Shown one piece after another: positions 16,242 through 24,415 of a stretch of 33,409 bases of DNA; within the stretch, counting starts at the first letter, position 1, and every line of letters begins with the position of its first letter. The position numbers and the translations under genes were made by a program. Source of the DNA: a virus (lineage: Duplodnaviria; Caudoviricetes); IMG/VR virus record IMGVR_UViG_3300032233_002337, positions 1 through 33,409 of that record. One strand, 5' to 3'. The notes below the pieces were generated by a model. The model had not been told where the DNA came from. It saw only the letters and a list, made by a program, of their open reading frames with translations, and made no database searches.

Positions 16242-19142
16242 ATGAGACCAATAGACAAATTTATATTACACGTAGTTCATAACTTATTCCCTTTAAATGA
16301 ATATTCTGAAGGTGAATTAAAAAAGTTAATGACTCAATTTAGGGATGAAGCTGACGATTTGAATATCGAAATTACAGATGCTCAATTAAAAGCTTACATC
16401 CAGCGTTTCGATGCATTAAAAAATTCTCCTAAGGTAACAGATAAAGATTTACGTAAATATACTTTATCAAAATTAATTAAATTAGTTACATCATCTAAAG
16501 GTGTTGAAGAACCTGAAGACGAAGTTGATGTTACACCTGATATTGTTTACAATGAAAATGGTTTAATTATATATAATGGCTCTAAAGAAAATAACTGTTT
16601 AACTTTCGGCGCTGGTGAAAGATGGTGTATTACTAGAGGATCATTTGGTAATTACAGATACGATTCAAATAGAAAAAACCCAACATTTTACCTAGTAAAA
16701 GATACTAATTTACCTGACAGCGATAAGAAGAGTTTCTTCGTTGTTGTTGTTGGTAATGACAATACTTACAAAGCATCAGACAGAACAAATAATGATGTTG
16801 GTGGTAGACAAACAGAGTGGGATAGATGGGAAGGATGGGGTTTTGTTGAACAAAATTTTCCTTCTGTTAGTGGATTAAGAAGTGTATTTAAATATATTCC
16901 ATTATCGTCTAGTGAAAAAATAAATCAATCATACAAAAATAAAGCAGTAACTATTAGAGAATGGGTTAATTTCCCATTCGCTGTAAAAGAACAATACTTA
17001 GTTGTTAGAAAAGGTAGAGATTTATTTCAAGATATTACTAACGATGAATTTGTAGGAAAATATTTACCTAAATATCCACAAATTGCTAATACCATCGCAA
17101 CTAATGCTGGTGTTATAGATAGTGTAATATTAGCTAAACACCTAGATAAATTTTCAAATCAAGATGTTAAGTCAATCATATCAAATATGAGAGATAAAAT
17201 TGATTTAAAATTCCTACCTACAGACGCCATTCCATTTGAAGTTAAAAAATTCTTAGTTCAATCTAATAAATGGGACGTCCCTTCAGCAGATCGATTATAC
17301 GTTACTAAAGATGGTTCTACTATTGTAAAATTAAAATTAGGTGATGATATAAGTGTTAGTTTATATCAAGCTGAAGACGATTATCCAAGCGTTAAATTAA
17401 ATAAACGTACATCAAAATATTTACTTGACTACCCAGACTTAGATAAAATACCAGTACGAAATTTAATTAAATTAGTACAAGACGAAGTAATTGATAAAAG
17501 CGTATTAGATAGTGTTTTAGAAAAAGCAAAAACAGACAATGATTCAGCTATTGTTGTAAAAGATAATATTATAATAGATTCTAATTCATTTGCGTCATAT
17601 AAAATAACAGGTGATAAAATTGAACAAGTATCATTTGAGGATGAAGAAGTTCAAGCAGTATTTGGTGCACAAGTAGAAAACGAAAGTTTCCAACAAAATG
17701 CTCTTTACTTAATTAATGATAGAGGACCTATTCCAGAAACTATAGATAAAGACGCTTTTATATCAATATTAAGAGCTACTCCATTAGAAAATAGGGTTAT
17801 TGAATATAATGGTGTTCCTTCTGTAGTATTAACTACTCAGAGCACTGATCACCCAATTGTAGTTCAAAATGATTCACGTGGTTTTGACTCATTCCAACTT
17901 ACAGCATGGTATGGTGATAATGGGAATTGGAGAAGAAAAGGTGGATCTGGAGGATACAGTGATGATCCTGAAGTATATAGATCAGTATTTAGCTATTTAA
18001 GACAAAGGGGAATAACATGTAGTGAACGACAGTTAATTAATAACTTTAGTAATGTTAGTAGAATGTACAACCCTAGAGGTGTAGTTAAAGCTATTATTCA
18101 AGCTGATATTCCAATGGATGGTAATAGTAGATATAAACCTATAATATATGAAGATAAACCATATCTTGTCAATACACAAAACCCAAGAGAAAGTTATGGT
18201 GTATCTGATACTACAGGTAAAATAGTTAAAGCTAATATTGCTTCATCACTAGCATCTAGAATGTTAGGTAATGCAGCTCCAGCAGCCGCTACCGCAACAG
18301 GTAGAAGAGGTAGACCAGCAGGCCAACCAAACACTCCACAAGCACCAGCAACACCAGCAGCCGCAGGTGATATTAATGTTCAAGAAGTAATGGATGAAAC
18401 AGGATTATTAACAGCATTTTTACGTTTACCAAGATCTATTTTAAGAAGATTAAATGTTACTAATGCTTCTCGTGTCGCTCCAAATGGCGATAGAGGTGCT
18501 GCTCGCCGCAATAATCAATTAGGAAATAGAGGCAATGTAGGTAGAGTAATAGCTATAGGTAGTAGCAAAATTTACATTATTAGATTAGCTAGTGGACAAA
18601 TTATAGCATCTATCAATGTACAACCAGGTAATAGTAATTACGTATTAACAGGTAATGCAGATGGTAACGTTGCTATATCATTAAATTCACCATCAGAATT
18701 AGTAAGTGCTTTAACAAATCGTGGATTGGCTGAGCATCGTTCGTATATTATGCGTGAATATTTGAATGAAAATCCAAAACACGCACAAGAAGTAAGAGAT
18801 ATGGTAGCAAAACACATAGACGAAATTAGCGCTAAAAAAGCAATTGCTACAGGCGCGTTAGCATTAGGTTTATTAGGTACACCATCTCTAACACAAGCTC
18901 AAAATACTATTAAAGATAAAGCAAATATTGTACAACAAGACACTACTAACACAGCAACGGCTACTTACGCTCACCCAAATGAAAATACAGCAAGAAGTCA
19001 AGCAGCTGTTAAAGCAAGAGTTGCATTAGCTACTAAAATAGGCAAACCCGAAGGTGAAATAAGTGCCTCAATAGTAAGCTCTAAAATGTACCAATTACCA
19101 GGTGGTAAATACGAATGTACAGTAACTGTCAAACTAAATTAA
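16242..19142 (+). CDS. 966-aa multi-module protein: WC-motif (PcfJ-like?) domain, AT-hook, and C-terminal signal-peptide-bearing LPP20-like module
   Basis: GERWCIT...F.NY...PTFYLV; RRGRP at 18303-18317; IDE|ISAKKAIATGALALGLLGTPSLTQA|Q at 18816-18902. Confidence 0.7.
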   Translation: MRPIDKFILHVVHNLFPLNEYSEGELKKLMTQFRDEADDLNIEITDAQLKAYIQRFDALKNSPKVTDKDLRKYTLSKLIKLVTSSKGVEEPEDEVDVTPDIVYNENGLIIYNGSKENNCLTFGAGERWCITRGSFGNYRYDSNRKNPTFYLVKDTNLPDSDKKSFFVVVVGNDNTYKASDRTNNDVGGRQTEWDRWEGWGFVEQNFPSVSGLRSVFKYIPLSSSEKINQSYKNKAVTIREWVNFPFAVKEQYLVVRKGRDLFQDITNDEFVGKYLPKYPQIANTIATNAGVIDSVILAKHLDKFSNQDVKSIISNMRDKIDLKFLPTDAIPFEVKKFLVQSNKWDVPSADRLYVTKDGSTIVKLKLGDDISVSLYQAEDDYPSVKLNKRTSKYLLDYPDLDKIPVRNLIKLVQDEVIDKSVLDSVLEKAKTDNDSAIVVKDNIIIDSNSFASYKITGDKIEQVSFEDEEVQAVFGAQVENESFQQNALYLINDRGPIPETIDKDAFISILRATPLENRVIEYNGVPSVVLTTQSTDHPIVVQNDSRGFDSFQLTAWYGDNGNWRRKGGSGGYSDDPEVYRSVFSYLRQRGITCSERQLINNFSNVSRMYNPRGVVKAIIQADIPMDGNSRYKPIIYEDKPYLVNTQNPRESYGVSDTTGKIVKANIASSLASRMLGNAAPAAATATGRRGRPAGQPNTPQAPATPAAAGDINVQEVMDETGLLTAFLRLPRSILRRLNVTNASRVAPNGDRGAARRNNQLGNRGNVGRVIAIGSSKIYIIRLASGQIIASINVQPGNSNYVLTGNADGNVAISLNSPSELVSALTNRGLAEHRSYIMREYLNENPKHAQEVRDMVAKHIDEISAKKAIATGALALGLLGTPSLTQAQNTIKDKANIVQQDTTNTATATYAHPNENTARSQAAVKARVALATKIGKPEGEISASIVSSKMYQLPGGKYECTVTVKLN

Positions 19143-19162
19143 TAGTTTACAATAATTTAACA

Positions 19163-19170
19163 TATTTATA
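19163..19170 (+). promoter_or_regulatory. Putative late promoter TATTTATA
   Basis: Intergenic, 18 nt before ATG 19189. Confidence 0.65.
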
Positions 19171-19188
19171 CACATAAACATAATAAAA

Positions 19189-20013
19189 ATGAACATTACA
19201 GAAGTACGTAACATCGTTAAATTAGCTATTGCTGAAGCAATGGAGAAAAGCGGTTTACCAAAAAGCGGTGGAAAATTAGTACACCTTAAGAAAGAATTAG
19301 CTGGCTTAAAGAATATGAAAGAATCTTTAGGTCAATTACAAATCGCTGAAGGCGGTGAACAACAATTCGTAGCTGAATATGCACATATGCAAAAATTCGT
19401 TACTGAATTAGAAAAAATTAAAGCTGCTCACGCTAAATTGTCTGAAATGTTAGACAAACAAATTTCTGAAGTTGAAGGTAAAGTTTCATCTGAAACTGAA
19501 AAGATCAAAGAAATGGTTGGTTTAATCGATAAAGCTCCTAAAGCTCCTAAAAAAGACGCTAAAAAAGCTCCTGCTAAGAAAGACGATAAAAAAGCAGAGC
19601 CTAAAAAAGAAGAGCCTAAAGCTGACGATTCTAAAAAAAAAAGTAAAGAATTAAAAGAAGCAGCTTTCTCAAGTACTGATGTTAATGCTATATTAAAAGC
19701 AGCTAGAACAGCTGTTGAAGCAGGTAAAGAAGTAACTGTTGATGGTGTTAAAATAGGAAAGGTAGTACCTGGATTAGGAAGATTAATTCCTGCTGATGGT
19801 AGTCAATCTTTAAAGATTATGGATTATGTTGGAACTCCTGAAAAGATTGTTATTGATGGAGTACCGGCTACATTAAAGCCAATGGAACCTTCTAAACCAC
19901 AACCTGACACAAGAACACCAGAAGAAAAAGCAAAAGCACAAGCTGCGTTTAATGACAGATATGGACCAGGTGGAGGATACGATACAGCATTTGGAAGATA
20001 TACAGGCGATTAA
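19189..20013 (+). CDS. Coiled-coil protein with K/A/P/E-rich linker and second module after LKE (putative internal head protein)
   Basis: Amphipathic leader MNITEVRNIVKLAIAE, KAPKAPKKDAKKAPAKK linker, and ELKE|AAFSS boundary. Confidence 0.7.
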   Translation: MNITEVRNIVKLAIAEAMEKSGLPKSGGKLVHLKKELAGLKNMKESLGQLQIAEGGEQQFVAEYAHMQKFVTELEKIKAAHAKLSEMLDKQISEVEGKVSSETEKIKEMVGLIDKAPKAPKKDAKKAPAKKDDKKAEPKKEEPKADDSKKKSKELKEAAFSSTDVNAILKAARTAVEAGKEVTVDGVKIGKVVPGLGRLIPADGSQSLKIMDYVGTPEKIVIDGVPATLKPMEPSKPQPDTRTPEEKAKAQAAFNDRYGPGGGYDTAFGRYTGD

Positions 20014-20024
20014 TATAAATAACA

Positions 20025-20363
20025 ATGATCAAATTACTCGATATACTAAATGAAGCTCTTGACCCAGTAGGTAAAGAAGATGCTGACATCAATAATGATG
20101 GTAAAGCAGATAAGACAGATAAATATCTAGCTAAACGTCGTAAAGCAGTATCTGCTAATATTAAAGAAGGTGATGATCACGAAGTAGCAATGGCTGTATC
20201 TAGTTTAGAAGCAATTGCAGAAGCAATTGTTGAATTAAGACAAAAATTAGGAAATACAGAACGCAATATTCCAGGTTGGATTCAAGACCACATTGCTAAA
20301 GCAGAAAACTATATTGAGCAAGCAGCTCAAGGTTTTCACGAACTAAACAACAATGAGCAGTAA
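20025..20363 (+). CDS. Leader-bearing (MIKLLDILNE) two-module protein: EF-hand/dockerin-like Ca-binding loop + helical module
   Basis: DADINNDGKADKTD (DxNxDG loop), IKE boundary, then GDDHEVAMA...PGWIQDHIAKAENY. Confidence 0.75.
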   Translation: MIKLLDILNEALDPVGKEDADINNDGKADKTDKYLAKRRKAVSANIKEGDDHEVAMAVSSLEAIAEAIVELRQKLGNTERNIPGWIQDHIAKAENYIEQAAQGFHELNNNEQ

Positions 20364-20880
20364 ATTATTATTAGAAAAATACGTTCGTGTAGCTGTTAAA
20401 AAGGCTATTAAAGAACAAGAAATAAAACAAAAACGAGCTGAGAAGGCAATGTATTTAATATATCGCTTTCCTGGTTTAAAAAAAGTAATGGAGGATTTAA
20501 TGTCTCCTGCTTTTGGTCGTTTTGTTACTGATATTAGCCTAGTTGCCCCAAAACCAACAACATTCTCAGCTAAATTAATTAACGAACAAGATTTCGGAAT
20601 TATATATAACGGTAGAGGTAAATTTACTGTTAAAATAGCAGGTAGAAAATATAACGTTCAAGATCTAAATGAACTAGAAAGAGCACAACAATCTATTTCT
20701 AATATGTTAGAATTAAATTATGGTGTAGAAGAAAAAGAAGCTGCTGAAAAACCAGATGCAGGCGCAGAAGCATTTAGCGCCGCTACAGCAGCGCCAGCAG
20801 GTGAAATACCAGCTGAACCAGCAGCAGGAGCAGAAGCACCAGCTGAAGAAACTCCTGAAGAAATACCAGCAGAAGCATAA
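20353..20880 (+). CDS. Hypothetical protein with acidic A/P/E tail
   Basis: In an operon-like run, with amphipathic N-terminus ending AIKE. Confidence 0.75.
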   Translation: MSSKLLLEKYVRVAVKKAIKEQEIKQKRAEKAMYLIYRFPGLKKVMEDLMSPAFGRFVTDISLVAPKPTTFSAKLINEQDFGIIYNGRGKFTVKIAGRKYNVQDLNELERAQQSISNMLELNYGVEEKEAAEKPDAGAEAFSAATAAPAGEIPAEPAAGAEAPAEETPEEIPAEA

Positions 20881-20881
20881 T

Positions 20882-21673
20882 ATGATAGTTACAGACGAAA
20901 TATTAAACGAGTGGTCATTCCGTTGCCACGATGGAATCGTTGATTTAAACGATCCAAAGAAATTACGTATACTAAAAGAAATACTTGATGAAAATGGTAT
21001 TGTTTTAGAAAACGAAAAACCAGTAGAAGAAGGTGATAAGATAACTAAAAAAGATTCTAAAATTCAATTATTTACTGATTTAGCAACCGAAACTGAAAAA
21101 CAGTATCCTTCTGAATTAGGTGAAATTAGAAATCTATTTCAATTTCCTATTACTACAATTAAAGACTGGAAAAGTTTAATTACCAAACCAGAAAGTAATG
21201 TTGGTAAGCAAATTGAACAAGTATTAGTAAATTATGCTAATTCTAAACAAGCAGGTGTAGCAGAAAGAGCAGCTGGTAAAGGTGTTGATATTAGAATAGA
21301 TGGTAGACCTTTAGAGGTTAAATCATCTGAAGATGTAAGTATCAATACTATTTTACAAAGTTCATTTTATGCTGATGATCCTAATAAGTTTTATGCATTT
21401 GCTTCTAATACAGCAGGAAATGATCTTGATGTAAGAATTGTAAGTAGTCAATTACTATATAATAATGCTTTAGGTGAAGAAATTATTAAAAGCTTACAAT
21501 TAAATCAAGACGATAACTTACTTACTCAAGCCATTGAAAATGGATTAAATGATCTAAACTTCCCAGAAATGATTAAATCATCATTAACAACCGGAAAAGT
21601 TAATACAGATACAAAATCATTTAAAATAGGAAAAATAAGAGTAAGATTTATATTAAATATATCAACAGACTAA
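20882..21673 (+). CDS. Putative restriction-endonuclease-fold (PD-(D/E)XK) nuclease with leader MIVTDEILNE
   Basis: E in GKQIEQ, then GVDIRIDGRPLEVKSS (D...ExK). I reassigned the start to ATG 20882, directly after the upstream stop. Confidence 0.6.
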   Translation: MIVTDEILNEWSFRCHDGIVDLNDPKKLRILKEILDENGIVLENEKPVEEGDKITKKDSKIQLFTDLATETEKQYPSELGEIRNLFQFPITTIKDWKSLITKPESNVGKQIEQVLVNYANSKQAGVAERAAGKGVDIRIDGRPLEVKSSEDVSINTILQSSFYADDPNKFYAFASNTAGNDLDVRIVSSQLLYNNALGEEIIKSLQLNQDDNLLTQAIENGLNDLNFPEMIKSSLTTGKVNTDTKSFKIGKIRVRFILNISTD

Positions 21674-21674
21674 T

Positions 21675-21935
21675 ATGACACAATTTAATCCCTCAGATAA
21701 AGTAACAGTAGACATCCCATTGTTTATTCGTTTATTAGAATACGCTCGCGAAGATGCTAAAACCGATATGGATTTACATAACGTAGCTGAAAAAGCAATT
21801 GCTGCAAGCGAAACTGGAAAGACATTAACTATGTCTGATTACGATAGCTTAGTAGCAGGTAATAGTGAAGATCAACAAATGGACGAAGTAAAAAGAATGA
21901 TTAAGTTAGCTAATATTAAGTCTTTCTTTATCTAA
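21675..21935 (+). CDS. Hypothetical phage protein with C-terminal RMIKLANI motif
   Basis: ORF with DIPLFIRLLEYAREDA module. Confidence 0.75.
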   Translation: MTQFNPSDKVTVDIPLFIRLLEYAREDAKTDMDLHNVAEKAIAASETGKTLTMSDYDSLVAGNSEDQQMDEVKRMIKLANIKSFFI

Positions 21936-21941
21936 TTTATA

Positions 21942-22009
21942 GACAGATTCATAGCCTGTCGCATCGAAAAATATTAATGCAGCTGTGGCGCACCTAAAAG
22001 GTGGGCCAC
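21942..22009 (+). ncRNA. Candidate structured RNA A (pseudoknot + GC-rich hairpin)
   Basis: P1 GACAG/CTGTC. Loop CATAGC (21950-21955) is complementary to GCTGTG (21982-21987). Intervening GCAT/ATGC hairpin, then terminal GTGGCGCACCT-AAA-AGGTGGGCCAC. Confidence 0.5.
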
Positions 22010-22015
22010 CTTACA

Positions 22016-22047
22016 TTTGGAAATGTCAAAATAATAACTTAAATTTA
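22016..22047 (+). promoter_or_regulatory. Putative Bacteroidota-type (-33/-7) early promoter
   Basis: TTTG (22016-22019) + 20 nt + TAAATTTA (22040-22047), 5 nt before ATG 22053. Same geometry as the primase promoter. Confidence 0.55.
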
Positions 22048-22052
22048 TAGAT

Positions 22053-23354
22053 ATGAAAAAAATTGTAATTATTGGAGCAGGCGTTGCAGGTATTAATGCT
22101 GCAACCAAATTAGTAGATAATGGCTACGATGGTAGCCTAATCACAATTATAGATAAGGGTAAAAACCCAATTGATCGTTTACCTGAAGAGGTAATGACTG
22201 GCATGTTAGGTGCTGGTGGTTGGTCAGATGGTAAATTAGTAGTATCAACAGTACAAGGTGGTCAATTAGCTAAGTATTGTGGTGAAGAAAAAGCTATGGA
22301 TTTAATGAATGAAGTAGTAGCTAACTTTACTCGATTCCACCCACAACCAGATGCTATATCATGTTCTAATCCAACAGAAGAACCTGAATTTATCAAACCA
22401 TATTTTGATTTACGTATGTCGCTTGTATGGCATATTGGTTCTAATTTCTTACATGAAATTGCTAAAAATTGGTATTCATTCTTACAAGATAAGGGTGTTA
22501 ACTTTATTTGGGAAAAAGAAGTAGTACACATTCATTTTGAAAATAGTGATGTTCGTTATGGAGATCCTGGATGTGGATGTAGAGCAGCTCATATGTACTA
22601 TGATGAATTAATATTTGCTGTAGGTAAATCTGGTATTGATTTTGCTCAAACAATATCCGACCAATATAAATTACCTACTGAACCTAAAGCAGTACAAATT
22701 GGTGTTCGATTTGAAGCACCACAAAAATACTTTCAGAAATTAATTGATGTATCTTATGACTTTAAGTTATATCAAAAACACGATAATGTATCTATTCGCT
22801 CATTCTGTACTAATAACAATGCTGCCTTTGTTGCTGTTGAAGAAACATATGGTAATATTAGTTATAATGGTCACGCTAAAAAGGGTGATGAATTTAAAAA
22901 TGATATGACTAATTTTGGTATCTTAATGGAAATTAAAGGCATTGAAGATCCATTTGCTTGGAGTAGAGATGCAGTACAAAAATTACAATCACACGGAACA
23001 GGATTATATTATTCTCCTAACTACACAAGAACACCTTCAACAACATCAGAAGGAAATAGAGTATCAGCTACACAAACAAATTCATTAGCTCCTATATCAT
23101 TAGCGCTTGGTGAATATTTTGCTTATATTGTTAACTTTATAGACAATATGAATGCTGTATTTGAATTTGGTAATGATTGGGGTTTTTACGCTCCTGAGGT
23201 AAAGTATTTATCTCCTGAACCTTTAGTAAAATATGAAGATTTATCATTAAACGATTTCCCTAATGTGCACTTTGCAGGTGATGCATTATCAGCTAGAGGA
23301 ATTACAGTATCAGGTGCACACGGAATTTACATTGCAGAAAAATTAATAAAATAA
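22053..23354 (+). CDS. FAD-dependent oxidoreductase (COG2509-like uncharacterised dehydrogenase)
   Basis: IVIIGAGVAG Rossmann motif, GAGGWSDGKL, IGVRFE, RSFCTN, and FAGDA...RGI. Confidence 0.88.
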   Translation: MKKIVIIGAGVAGINAATKLVDNGYDGSLITIIDKGKNPIDRLPEEVMTGMLGAGGWSDGKLVVSTVQGGQLAKYCGEEKAMDLMNEVVANFTRFHPQPDAISCSNPTEEPEFIKPYFDLRMSLVWHIGSNFLHEIAKNWYSFLQDKGVNFIWEKEVVHIHFENSDVRYGDPGCGCRAAHMYYDELIFAVGKSGIDFAQTISDQYKLPTEPKAVQIGVRFEAPQKYFQKLIDVSYDFKLYQKHDNVSIRSFCTNNNAAFVAVEETYGNISYNGHAKKGDEFKNDMTNFGILMEIKGIEDPFAWSRDAVQKLQSHGTGLYYSPNYTRTPSTTSEGNRVSATQTNSLAPISLALGEYFAYIVNFIDNMNAVFEFGNDWGFYAPEVKYLSPEPLVKYEDLSLNDFPNVHFAGDALSARGITVSGAHGIYIAEKLIK

Positions 23355-23356
23355 AA

Positions 23357-23593
23357 ATGGCAGAAACAAAACGATTGAAAACAGAAGACGGATCAATAGT
23401 ATACTATTGGTTAAATAAAATGCATAACTGGGATGGTCCCGCTTATATCCCACAAGGCAATAAACGCGCTGCCGAGTATTGGTTATTTGGAATGAAATAT
23501 TCTAAACTCCAATGGGAAGAAAGAAAAAAAGATATTAATGGCGTTCCATTCTATAAAACAGCAGCTGGTAAAGCATCAGGCACTAGAGTTTAA
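23357..23593 (+). CDS. Small protein with one H-x-x-DGPA repeat
   Basis: KMHNWDGPAYIP...EYWLFG. Confidence 0.7.
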   Translation: MAETKRLKTEDGSIVYYWLNKMHNWDGPAYIPQGNKRAAEYWLFGMKYSKLQWEERKKDINGVPFYKTAAGKASGTRV

Positions 23594-23620
23594 GCAGAAT
23601 AAAAATCATATCTTCACTAT

Positions 23621-23875
23621 ATGGAAGAAAGAAGAGGTAGACCCGCTGCAATAATACAGGAAGAAGCGCCACGTAAATATACTCGTGTTTATGAAGATGA
23701 ATACGCTATTGAAACGTGGACATTCGATATTGATAAGTTCAGAAATGGACCTATTAGTGTTGATATTAAGTATAAGGCGGGCGCTGAAAAAGCTATTAAA
23801 TTGAATGCTAAAAATAATAAGCAGGAGAAGAAAGCTGAACGTCAAATGAAAAAAATAAACGAACGAAACAAATGA
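23621..23875 (+). CDS. Small basic protein with N-terminal AT-hook
   Basis: RRGRP at 23630-23644. TATCTTCA (-7-like element) at 23609-23616. Confidence 0.7.
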   Translation: MEERRGRPAAIIQEEAPRKYTRVYEDEYAIETWTFDIDKFRNGPISVDIKYKAGAEKAIKLNAKNNKQEKKAERQMKKINERNK

Positions 23876-24390
23876 GAATAGGATTAGCAGGAACAATGAG
23901 TGTAGGTAAAACTACATTAGTTAAAGCTTTAGCTGAATTAGAACAATTTAAAGACTATCATATTGCTACTGAACGTAGTAAATATTTACGTGATTTAGGT
24001 ATTCCATTAAATACTGATTCATCATTAAATGGTCAATTTGTATTTTTAGCAGAACGCGCTAGTGAATTACTACGTGAAAATGTATTAACAGACAGAACAA
24101 TATGGGATGTTTGTGCATTTACATTCTCAGCTAAATCTATTGATTGGTTTGCTAAACGTTCATTTGTTGAGGCTGCTATGCATCTTCGTGAACAATATGA
24201 TATAGTATTTTATGTATCTCCTGAAGGCGTTGATATTGAAGATAATGGTGTTCGCACTATTGATGAAGAATATCGTAATAAAATCGATTGGGTTATTCGT
24301 GAATCGTTAGAGGAATATAAACCTAAGAAACTAGTATATATTAAAGGTACAACTGAGGAACGTATTGCGACAATTTTACAAAATTTATAA
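23872..24390 (+). CDS. AAA_28 (NadR/Ttd14-like) P-loop nucleoside/nucleotide kinase
   Basis: GLAGTMSVGKTTL, LTDRT..D, YD.VFY, IEDNGVR and GTTEERI motifs. Confidence 0.82.
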   Translation: MRIGLAGTMSVGKTTLVKALAELEQFKDYHIATERSKYLRDLGIPLNTDSSLNGQFVFLAERASELLRENVLTDRTIWDVCAFTFSAKSIDWFAKRSFVEAAMHLREQYDIVFYVSPEGVDIEDNGVRTIDEEYRNKIDWVIRESLEEYKPKKLVYIKGTTEERIATILQNL

Positions 24391-24398
24391 TATTTATA
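24391..24398 (+). promoter_or_regulatory. Putative late promoter TATTTATA
   Basis: Immediately after the kinase stop and 17 nt before ATG 24416. Confidence 0.65.
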
Positions 24399-24415
24399 TG
24401 CACAATAAAAACAAA

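Noticed and set aside
22013-22026. ACATTT-GG-AAATGT inverted repeat
   Set aside because: A 2-nt loop and AT-rich arms make an RNA hairpin unlikely. It could be an operator over the -33 element, but there is no second copy to support this.
11219-24415. Track start sites 11219, 20756 and 24365
   Set aside because: These extensions overlap regulatory hairpins or upstream genes. ATGs at 11258, 20882 and 24416 give leader motifs and proper spacing.
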